Origin: Xanthobacteraceae bacterium
GTDB lineage: Bacteria; Pseudomonadota; Alphaproteobacteria; Rhizobiales; Xanthobacteraceae
Direction: 5' to 3'
Assembly: GCA_030648135.1 (NCBI GenBank)
Contig: JAUSIF010000034.1
Span: 1 to 43,382, forward strand
Length of the DNA: 43,382 bases
Position 1 is the first letter of the stretch. Every line of letters starts with the position of its first letter. The position numbers and the translations under genes were made by a program. The notes beneath the pieces were generated by a model that was given only the letters and a program-made list of their open reading frames with translations, did no database searches and was not told where the DNA came from. Below, one piece after another: positions 27,750 through 35,265 of this stretch.

Positions 27750-28901
27750 ATGAATCGTCGCAGCGCGTTCATCATGTTCGCGATGGCAGTTACCATCGCC
27801 ACCGCGGCCAGGAGCGGCCACGAGCTGCCGGTCTATCCCTCCTATTATCCTCACGAGATTGAAATTACGACTGTCGCGCCAAAACGCGCGGAAGGCCTAT
27901 TGCTCGCGGGCAAGATCCAGGCCTATGTCGGCGGCGCGCTACGTTTCGCCGGCGCACCGCCGGCTTCGATCGGCAACGTCGAGTCGCTCGGCTCCTTCGT
28001 GATCGTCCGCGTCAACCCGTCCTCGCCCCTGGCCAAGGACGGCCGGTCCGCCTGCACCGTCGCAGAACTCGTCATCCAAGATCTAGCCGGGAAGGGCGGG
28101 GGTCTGATCCTTCATCCCTATCCGGTCACGCCCTTTCACGGCGATTATCTGTACCACGTCGATCTCGCCGAGGCCGCGAAGGCGCGCATTCTGGGCGGCC
28201 GTGCCGATTCATCAGGTTCTGACACCCAATACTTGAAATTGAAGGCCGGCAGCGAATTCGCGCAAACCATCGTGCGTCCCGAATGGCGCACCCAGGGTTC
28301 GGACTGGGATGTGGAAGTGGCAGAAGTCGGCGCCGCGGAGCTCGTTGCCAGCGCGAGCGTTGCGATGAACGGTTGGCTTGGTCCCGCTTGGATAAGAACA
28401 GGGTGGTTTCAAGCTTATCTTTTTCTGAACGAGCACGCCAGCGACGAAAATCTGAAACAACGCATCGAAACCCTATTCCAGCGCTTGCAGACGTCTGCCT
28501 ATGACGATGCAGTCGAACGCATCAATCTGGAGCGGTCGCTCGTTACGGCGCTGGCTAGTGGCTGTCACGCACTCGTCGCCGGCTACACCGTGAAACGCGA
28601 GTACTTCAATGTCGACTCCTCTGCCGGGATCGAAAACATCGCTTACGATTCGCTTAATGGTCTAAATTCGCCGATGTTCATCCGCACCGTGAAGCTGAAA
28701 GATTTTCCCTGGAACGGCTCGCTTGCGCTCGGGATCGGCGCACCGCCAGCAGCCGTTTGGAATCCGGTTGCAGGCTTTACCGACGAATACGGACGACTGA
28801 TGTGGTCCGCGGTGGGCGACCCGGCTTTGATTCCATCGCCCTACGAGTCGGCCTGGATGCTCAATCGCATCTCCGACGTTCAGTCAAGCGCTAAGCAATG
28901 A
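27750..28901 (+). CDS. exported protein, N-half-only paralogue of the 797-aa protein
   Basis: 383 aa. Leader MNRRSAFIMFAMAVTIATAA. Colinear with residues ~50-430 of 21731-24124 (YPSYYP.EI.I, LGSF.V, HPYPVTP.H.DYL.H, IEN.AYDSL.GLNSP.F.RTVKLKD.PWNG, WNPVAGFTD..GRL.WSA.GDPA). It stops where the full-length copy continues. Confidence 0.8.
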   Translation: MNRRSAFIMFAMAVTIATAARSGHELPVYPSYYPHEIEITTVAPKRAEGLLLAGKIQAYVGGALRFAGAPPASIGNVESLGSFVIVRVNPSSPLAKDGRSACTVAELVIQDLAGKGGGLILHPYPVTPFHGDYLYHVDLAEAAKARILGGRADSSGSDTQYLKLKAGSEFAQTIVRPEWRTQGSDWDVEVAEVGAAELVASASVAMNGWLGPAWIRTGWFQAYLFLNEHASDENLKQRIETLFQRLQTSAYDDAVERINLERSLVTALASGCHALVAGYTVKREYFNVDSSAGIENIAYDSLNGLNSPMFIRTVKLKDFPWNGSLALGIGAPPAAVWNPVAGFTDEYGRLMWSAVGDPALIPSPYESAWMLNRISDVQSSAKQ

Positions 28902-29302
28902 ACCAAATGAGGCGTGTCGTTGGCGTGATCCCTGCTTCATTCGCTGGATGTTTTCTGGCGCTTTCTCTGCTCTTGGCACCGTGCCTAACCGTCACCTGCG
29001 CCAAGGCCGAAGAAGTCACGTTCGATCTGCGGGTCGAGCGTGGGCGCGTGCCCGTCAACATGCGGCTGATCCGCGTCGAGCAAGGCGACGTCGTCAAGCT
29101 GCGGTGGAGCACCGATCAGACAACGATCCTGCATCTCCATGGCTACGACATCGAAATGAAGATCGAGCCCGGTGCCATGGTGGAGATGAGTTTCACCGCG
29201 CGCGCCACCGGAAGGTTTCCAGTTTCCGCCCACAAGCCCAAGCAGGGCAGCGGTCACACTCATGATCCGCCTCTGGTCCATGTCGAAGTTCATCCGCGTT
29301 AG
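28898..29302 (+). CDS. small exported cupredoxin-like protein lacking the type-1 Cu cysteine
   Basis: ATGA overlap with the previous gene. Hydrophobic leader. IRVEQGDVVKLRWSTDQTTILHLHGYDIEMKIEPGAMVEMSFTARATGRFPVSAH follows the cupredoxin strand pattern, but the position normally holding C..H..M reads SAHKPKQGSGHTHD. Confidence 0.65.
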   Translation: MNQMRRVVGVIPASFAGCFLALSLLLAPCLTVTCAKAEEVTFDLRVERGRVPVNMRLIRVEQGDVVKLRWSTDQTTILHLHGYDIEMKIEPGAMVEMSFTARATGRFPVSAHKPKQGSGHTHDPPLVHVEVHPR

Positions 29303-31967
29303 CGCGATCGCGTGGTGCCGGTCAGCCGGGACGATTCTTCCGCTCGTAGTGGCTGCATCGGCGGCTTGCGCACTTGCGACCCCCGCGAGCGCCCACGGCT
29401 TCGGCCAGCGCTACGATCTTCCTCTGCCACTCTCGCTCTATCTTCTTGGGGCGGCGGCCGTTGTCGTGTTTTCGTTCGTCATCGTCGGCCTCTTCGTTCG
29501 CCAAGCAACGCACGCCCGCGAATATCCGCGTTTCAATCTGCTTGCTCATTCTGCCGGCAGATTGATCGCGCATCCCGGTCTCGTTCTTGTTCTCAAGCTT
29601 GTCTCGCTCGTTTTGTTCGTCGTCACCGTGACGGCGGGTTTCCTCGGCGACCAGAACCCGTACCGAAACATCGCGCCGACCATGGTGTGGATCATCGTAT
29701 GGGTCGGCCTCGCGTACGCTTCGGCTTTCGTGGGCGACATCTGGGCGCTGATCAATCCATGGCGAACGATCTTCGAAGGAGCGGAGTCGCTTTACGGACG
29801 GATCGCCGGTGGGCGTGATCTTTCTCGTCGCCTGCACTATCCCGAAGCGCTCGGTGTCTGGCTCGCAGTCGTCCTGCTGCTGGCCTTCTCCTGGTTCGAG
29901 CTCGTCTATCCCACTCCCGCGATTCCAGCGCAGATCGCGTGTCTGGCAGTCGGTTATTCCATCCTCACCTGGACCGGCATGGCGGTGTTCGGCCGCGAGA
30001 CCTGGCTGCGGCACGGTGAGGTCTTTTCCGTCGTCTTCGGCACCTTCGCCCGTTTTGCGCCGACGGAGGCGCGCGCCGACCTGCGGCGGCAGGAATTGAT
30101 TCTGCGGCCCTTCGGCGCCGGGCTCCTCGATAGCCGGCCCGCTTCGCCGTCGATGGCGGCCTTCGTGCTCCTGCTGCTTTCCACTGTCCTTTATGACGGC
30201 CTACTGAACACTCCGGAATGGTCGAACCTGGAGAACGTTGTCGGCGCCCTCCTGCGCGATCCCGGTGAACTCGGATTGATCGCGATCAGGAGCATCGGTC
30301 TCGTCGCGTTCTGGCTCTTGTTCCTCGGCGCCTATATGGCGGTGAGCGCGATCATGAGCGCGGCGGAGGCAGGACGCCGCTCGCCGCTCGAGATCGCGCA
30401 GAGCTTCGCCTTCACCTTGATTCCAATCACCATCGGCTATCACCTGGCGCATTATCTCGTGTTCCTGCTGATCCAGGGGCAGTACATCGTTCCCCTGATT
30501 TCCGATCCTTTCGGCTACGGCTGGAATCTCTTCGGTACCGCCGGATATCGGGTCGACATCGCAATCGTCGGTGCCCGCTTTGCCTGGTACGCGGCGGTTA
30601 CCGCGATCGTCGTTGGGCATATCGCCGCCGTCTATCTCGCCCATGTGAAGGCGATGCAGGTATTCGAATCTCGCCAAGCGGCGCTGCGATCCCAGGTTCC
30701 GCTCACTGCGCTGATGGTGGTCTATACCTTCGTCAGCCTCTCAATTCTCGCCGAGCCGATCGTCGAACGCCGCGCGCCCGCGCAGCCGACCGCTATCGCA
30801 GCCGCCGAGATCGCTATTCCCGCCGACGCGGTGCTGCCCGAGCCGGGGAGCGGTCGTCTGCAGCCGATCGGGCCGGGCAAGCTCGCCCGGGTGAAATTGA
30901 CCTACCGCGTGCTCGGTTCCGCCTTCCATGACGGCACCCGGACGAATGTCGCCGATCTGCTCTACGCCTATATGTTCGCCTATCGCTGGGGCGTCCGAAG
31001 CGAGGGAAGCGATGCTCACTACGACCCCTTCATCGACTCTGCGACCGCTACCATGCGCCGGCAGCTTGCTGGATTACGCGCCGCGGGGAGTGACGCGGTG
31101 TCCAAGTCCTTCCGGATCGGAGACGTCAATTTCCTTCGCGAGCTATTCACAGTCGAAGTCTATGCGACGGTCGTGCCCGAGGACCCGGAGCGAGACGCGG
31201 TCGTGGCGCCACCCTGGAGCACGCTTCCCTGGCATCTGATCGTCTTGATGGAGGAAGCCGTCGATCGGGGTTGGGTCGCGTTTTCGAAGGACGAAGCGGC
31301 GCGCCGCGGCGTCGAATGGCTCGATCTTGTCCGTTCCGAGCGAATGAACGTACGACTGGCGTCGCTGATCGAGACGTTCGAACGTGAAGGCTATCGTCCC
31401 ACCGCTCTTCAGTCCCTGGTGAGCGCCGAGGAGGCTCGCAAGCGTTGGGCGGCGCTTGCTACCTTCTACAAGGCTCGCGGCCACTTCCTGGTCACCAACG
31501 GGCCGTACCGGTTGAAGCGCTGGTCGAAGGAAAGCGTCACGCTCGAGGCATTCAGGGACCTGACCTATCCGCTCGGCGTGGGCTCCTATGACGCCTACGC
31601 GATACCGCGCAGAGCCTACGTCACCAAGATCGAGCGGGAAAAAAACCGCATCAGGCTTTTCGCCGACATCGAGACGATCATGAAATTTCAACGGAGCTAC
31701 CGGATTGACCGGGGACCGATGCAATCCATCTCGCGCGATATCCTGAAACGGGCAGCACCGGAATGCCGGTATGTGGTGATGGACGATGAAGGCCGCGTCG
31801 TGCTGGCGGGTACCGCTCCTCTGGCTGATGATTTGACTTTTCAAGCGGACCTGAACGGCAAACTCGCGGCTGGCCGTTACATCATGGCTGCCTTGATCGC
31901 CGTCAACGGCAATGTCATGAACGCGGACATCCACCGTATCCCCTTGCTAATTTCGTCCAATCCATGA
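29262..31967 (+). CDS. fusion protein: signal peptide + ~10-11-helix membrane domain + C-half paralogue of the 797-aa protein
   Basis: 901 aa (alternative ATG at 29280); overlaps the previous gene by 23-41 nt. Predicted cleavage ..ATPASA|HGFGQRYDLPLPL. Polytopic to about residue 500. From IAIPADAVLPEPGSG (about nt 30810) it is colinear with residues ~410-797 of 21731-24124 (K.TY.VL.S.F.DGT...VADL.Y...FAYRWG, APPWST.PWHL..LMEEAV.RG, GHFLV.NGPYRLK.W). Confidence 0.8.
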   Translation: MIRLWSMSKFIRVSAIAWCRSAGTILPLVVAASAACALATPASAHGFGQRYDLPLPLSLYLLGAAAVVVFSFVIVGLFVRQATHAREYPRFNLLAHSAGRLIAHPGLVLVLKLVSLVLFVVTVTAGFLGDQNPYRNIAPTMVWIIVWVGLAYASAFVGDIWALINPWRTIFEGAESLYGRIAGGRDLSRRLHYPEALGVWLAVVLLLAFSWFELVYPTPAIPAQIACLAVGYSILTWTGMAVFGRETWLRHGEVFSVVFGTFARFAPTEARADLRRQELILRPFGAGLLDSRPASPSMAAFVLLLLSTVLYDGLLNTPEWSNLENVVGALLRDPGELGLIAIRSIGLVAFWLLFLGAYMAVSAIMSAAEAGRRSPLEIAQSFAFTLIPITIGYHLAHYLVFLLIQGQYIVPLISDPFGYGWNLFGTAGYRVDIAIVGARFAWYAAVTAIVVGHIAAVYLAHVKAMQVFESRQAALRSQVPLTALMVVYTFVSLSILAEPIVERRAPAQPTAIAAAEIAIPADAVLPEPGSGRLQPIGPGKLARVKLTYRVLGSAFHDGTRTNVADLLYAYMFAYRWGVRSEGSDAHYDPFIDSATATMRRQLAGLRAAGSDAVSKSFRIGDVNFLRELFTVEVYATVVPEDPERDAVVAPPWSTLPWHLIVLMEEAVDRGWVAFSKDEAARRGVEWLDLVRSERMNVRLASLIETFEREGYRPTALQSLVSAEEARKRWAALATFYKARGHFLVTNGPYRLKRWSKESVTLEAFRDLTYPLGVGSYDAYAIPRRAYVTKIEREKNRIRLFADIETIMKFQRSYRIDRGPMQSISRDILKRAAPECRYVVMDDEGRVVLAGTAPLADDLTFQADLNGKLAAGRYIMAALIAVNGNVMNADIHRIPLLISSNP

Positions 31968-32201
31968 AAATCACGTCGTCGTTGCGCTTCACCGCAGTCT
32001 TCTCCCTGGCTGGTCGGAAAAGACAAGGAAGGCTATTGGATCGTTCTCGATCAGTCGGGGCTGAACGGCGGCATCTTCATCGATTGCGCCGAGGCACTAC
32101 GTTTCGCGTTGTCCGAGAACGGTCGACGTCCAAGGGCAATCGTCCTGGTTCCCGGGATTCTCGAACTCGATCTCAATCTGCGGATTGAGTACGCAGCTTG
32201 A
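31964..32201 (+). pseudogene. small ORF, apparently frameshifted in an A-run
   Basis: ATG at 31964 overlaps the TGA of the 901-aa gene (ATGA). Frame A reads MKITSSLRFTAVFSLAGRK, then turns into Arg-rich off-frame-like sequence. The +1 frame from 32019 reads KDKEGYWIVLDQSGLNGGIFIDCAEALRFALSENGRRPRAIVLVPGILELDLNLRIEYAA*. The switch point is gaaaag at 32017-32022. Confidence 0.3.
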
Positions 32202-32378
32202 GCACTCATTAGAATTTCTCCCGACGGGTCCGAGGGAGAATCTTCCTTTCTTCTTCGCGCCAACTTGTTGATTCACTTACGATTGCGTGTCCTCATACTT
32301 CCACAGTGCTTCCAGAATACGATCAAAACATAAGCGCCGAAAGTCGGAGCCTGCCAACTCTTTAAGATGACGGGTTAC

Positions 32379-32429
<51 letters not shown>

Positions 32430-32798
32430 AGGTCCGCTTCGCGTCAGAACCAGTAATCAGATAGCACCGGGCTAATCGTCCGCTTTGCCGCCCATAGCAG
32501 AACTGGACTTCGGCAGATCGAGTTCTCGTGCACTCATTTTGGATATGGCGTCACTTGCAGAAGCGATGCAATTTCCAACTTTGGGACCGCAGCATGCGTC
32601 CAAGCTCCTGATTAATTACAATTTTAAAACCCGTACTAATTCCACATAGTCCAGAACTTTGGAGAAAAGAAGGCCTGGGAGACAACGAGCGGGCGTTGTA
32701 CACCTCGGCGCAGTCCACAGCCATGTCCGGAGAATCTCGCCACAACTCGAGATCTTCGCCGCAATGACCGGTCGGAGAATACGTGGGCTGAGAGATGC

Positions 32799-32872
32799 TG
32801 GCTGGGGGACTAGGATTCGAACCTAGATTAACGGAGTCAGAGTCCGCTGTTCTACCATTGAACTATCCCCCA
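32799..32872 (-). tRNA. tRNA-Gln (anticodon CUG)
   Basis: The minus strand reads TGGGGGATAGTTCAATGGTAGAACAGCGGACTCTGACTCCGTTAATCTAGGTTCGAATCCTAGTCCCCCAGCCA. It has a 7-bp acceptor stem (TGGGGGA/TCCCCCA), anticodon loop CTCTGAC, T loop GGTTCGAATCC and encoded CCA. Confidence 0.9.
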
Positions 32873-33133
32873 TCACGGCGATCGGGTCGCGGCGCGGGCG
32901 CCGAAGCGCGAACAGCGCGGAGTGAAGCCAGATCAGTTTCCTATCCGAGGCACCCCGGTGAGGCAAGTTTCGGCCCGGCCGGAAAATTCGGCGGCGCCGG
33001 TACCGGATGACCTGCATTTTTCGTCATATTGCCATGCAGCAGACACATTGCTGTCATGCGGTAAGTCTAAGTAGTAACGCTGGAATACCAGCCTATATTG
33101 GGCTCGGAATTAAGCCAAAGATTGGGGATCACT

Positions 33134-33352
33134 ATGACTGCTCTCACCCTTACGACCCTGTCCCGCGAAGCCCCGTGGCTCAGGGCCATCACGCGCTTCT
33201 TCGCCGACGTCGTCGCCGGCATCCGCGAGGCTCGCGAGATGCAGCAGCGTTACGAGACGCTGTCGCGCCTTTCGGACGCGGCGCTTGCTCGGCATGGGCT
33301 CACCCGCGCCGACATTCCGCACGCCGCGGTGACCGGGCGCATCGGCCGCTGA
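33134..33352 (+). CDS. DUF1127 domain small protein
   Basis: 72 aa from ATG 33134 (GGGGAT upstream). The C-terminal LSRLSDAALARHGLTRADI matches the DUF1127 signature. Confidence 0.7.
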   Translation: MTALTLTTLSREAPWLRAITRFFADVVAGIREAREMQQRYETLSRLSDAALARHGLTRADIPHAAVTGRIGR

Positions 33353-33432
33353 CCTGGTTACATAGATCGATTCAACAAGTTCATGAATCGATTGATTGGC
33401 GCTTCGCGCATCGCTTGAAACGCCGGGGATTT

Positions 33433-33471
33433 GCGAATCGCGCTCGCCGCTTGGCGGGCGCGATTGCTTTT
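33433..33471. terminator. bidirectional rho-independent terminator candidate between convergent genes
   Basis: gcgaatcgcgctcgcc-gctt-ggcgggcgcgattgc is an imperfect ~14-bp GC stem followed by tttt on the plus strand. It lies between the DUF1127 stop and the TPP-enzyme stop. Confidence 0.5.
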
Positions 33472-33482
33472 CCGGTTCAGGT

Positions 33483-35207
33483 TCAGGTGCGGTTCTTGTC
33501 CTTCCCGCCGAGCGCCTTGGCGCGGATCGCCGATAAGGTGGTCGTGGGCAGAATCGCGTCGATATCGAGCTTCACATGCACGACCGCGGCACCCTTCGCC
33601 GCGAAGGCGGCTGCGAGCGCGGGTATGGCTTCCTCGTCGCGCGCGACCGTGAAGCCCTCCGCGCCATAGGCGCGCGCGAGCGCCGCGAAATCCGGATTCC
33701 TGAGGTCGGTGCCGAACACGCGGCCGGGGTAATGGCGCTCCTGATGCATGCGGATGGTGCCATAGCTGCCGTTGTCGATGACGAGAATGCGGATGGCGAG
33801 GCCGTATTGGACCGCGGTCGCCAATTCCTGCCCGGTCATCAGGAAATCTCCATCACCGGAAAATGCGACCACGGTGCGGTCCGGCGCGAGCCGTTTCGCC
33901 GCGATCGCCGCCGGCACGCCATAGCCCATGGAGCCCGAGACCGGCCCGAGCTGGGTGCCGTATTTCCGGTAGCGATGGAAGCGGTGGACCCAGACCGAAA
34001 AATTGCCGGCGCCGTTGCACACGATCGTATCGGCCGGGAGCCGCTCGCGCAGGAAGCGGACAAGCGTGCCCATCTGCACGCTGCCCGGATGCGCCGGGAT
34101 TTCCTCCGACCAGGCGAGATAGTCGGCGCGCGCGCGTTCGCGCCATTCTCGCCACTTGATCTCGTTGATCTCGCGCGGCGGCTCGAGCCGTTCGAGCGCC
34201 GCGGTGAATGCCGGCGGGCTCGCATGAATCGCGAGCGCGGGCCGATAGACGCGGCCGAGCTCGTCGGCCGAAACATGCACATGGACGAGCGCCACGCCGG
34301 GATCGGGCACGCCGAGCAGCTTGTAGCCCTGGCTCGGCACCTCCCCCAGCCTGCCGCCCAGGAGCAGCACGAGGTCGGCCGCCTTGATGCGCTCGGCGAG
34401 CTTCGGGTTCGGCCCGAGCCCCAGCTCGCCGGCATAGCAATCGTGATCGGCCGGAAACAGCATCTGGCGGCGGAAGCTCGCCACCACCGGCAGATCGAAG
34501 CGCGCGGCGAAGCGTGTGAGCGCCGCCACCGCCTGCTCCGACCAGCGGCTCCCGCCCACGATCGCGAGCGGGCGCTCGGCGGTGCCGAGCATCTGCTGCA
34601 GCCGGATCATGTCGGCAGGTTTCGGACTGATTTCGTCGGACTCGACCGCGGGCGCGTCGGCGACCGCGGCTTCCTCGGTGAGCATGTCCTCGGGGATCGA
34701 AACCACCACCGGTCCCGGCCGCCCATGCGTCGCGGCGCGCAGCGCTTCGGCGACCAGCTCCGGTACGCGCGCGGCCGCGTCGATCTCCACCACCCATTTT
34801 GCGAGCGTCCCGAACACAGCCTTGCAGTCGATTTCCTGAAACGCCTCGCGGCCGCGGAAGCCGCGCGCGACATTGCCGACGAACAGAAGCATGGGCGTGG
34901 AATCCTGTCGCGCCACGTGCACGCCGGAGCTCGCATTGGTGGCGCCGGGACCGCGGGTGACGAAGCAGAGGCCGGGTTTGCCGGTGAGCTTGCCGGCGGC
35001 TTCCGCCATCATAGCGGCGCCGCCCTCCTGCCGGCACACCACGAAGTCGATCGGGCTGTCGGACAAGGCATCGAGCACGGCGAGAAAACTCTCGCCCGGC
35101 ACGCTGAAGGCATGGCGGAGCCCATGTCCGGCGAGCGCATCAACGAGCAACCGCGCGCCGGTGCGCGGCCGGAGCGAGGCTGAAGCTTGGGTTGCGGGCT
35201 TGTGCAT
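33483..35207 (-). CDS. thiamine-pyrophosphate-dependent enzyme (acetolactate synthase large-subunit-like)
   Basis: 574 aa with three-domain TPP-enzyme layout: N-terminal GARLLVDAL..HG..HAFSVPGESFL, and the TPP-binding GSMGYGVPAAIAAK..VVAFSGDGDFLM... Confidence 0.85.
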   Translation of the reverse strand: MHKPATQASASLRPRTGARLLVDALAGHGLRHAFSVPGESFLAVLDALSDSPIDFVVCRQEGGAAMMAEAAGKLTGKPGLCFVTRGPGATNASSGVHVARQDSTPMLLFVGNVARGFRGREAFQEIDCKAVFGTLAKWVVEIDAAARVPELVAEALRAATHGRPGPVVVSIPEDMLTEEAAVADAPAVESDEISPKPADMIRLQQMLGTAERPLAIVGGSRWSEQAVAALTRFAARFDLPVVASFRRQMLFPADHDCYAGELGLGPNPKLAERIKAADLVLLLGGRLGEVPSQGYKLLGVPDPGVALVHVHVSADELGRVYRPALAIHASPPAFTAALERLEPPREINEIKWREWRERARADYLAWSEEIPAHPGSVQMGTLVRFLRERLPADTIVCNGAGNFSVWVHRFHRYRKYGTQLGPVSGSMGYGVPAAIAAKRLAPDRTVVAFSGDGDFLMTGQELATAVQYGLAIRILVIDNGSYGTIRMHQERHYPGRVFGTDLRNPDFAALARAYGAEGFTVARDEEAIPALAAAFAAKGAAVVHVKLDIDAILPTTTLSAIRAKALGGKDKNRT

Positions 35208-35265
35208 CAGAATTCCTCGATCGCCGGCATTATATCCGCCATTTCGGTTTCAGACTGGCCTTCGT

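Noticed and set aside
28898-29302. Calling the small protein a blue-copper (type-1) cupredoxin
   Set aside because: The Cys ligand is absent from the mature region that matches the cupredoxin C-terminal loop (the only cysteines are in the hydrophobic leader). Only a cupredoxin-like fold can be proposed.
32551-32745. 64-aa minus-strand ORF in the AT-rich spacer between the tRNA fragment and tRNA-Gln; also checked for integrase or transposase remnants
   Set aside because: It has no recognisable motif (no R..H..R..Y integrase residues, no DDE pattern) and is not convincingly coding. Left unannotated.
33366-33392. 9-bp perfect inverted repeat atcgattca-N9-tgaatcgat downstream of the DUF1127 gene
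   Set aside because: It is AT-rich, short and single-copy in the window. It could be a protein-binding site or a chance palindrome, with no supporting context. The stronger GC hairpin at 33433-33471 explains termination.
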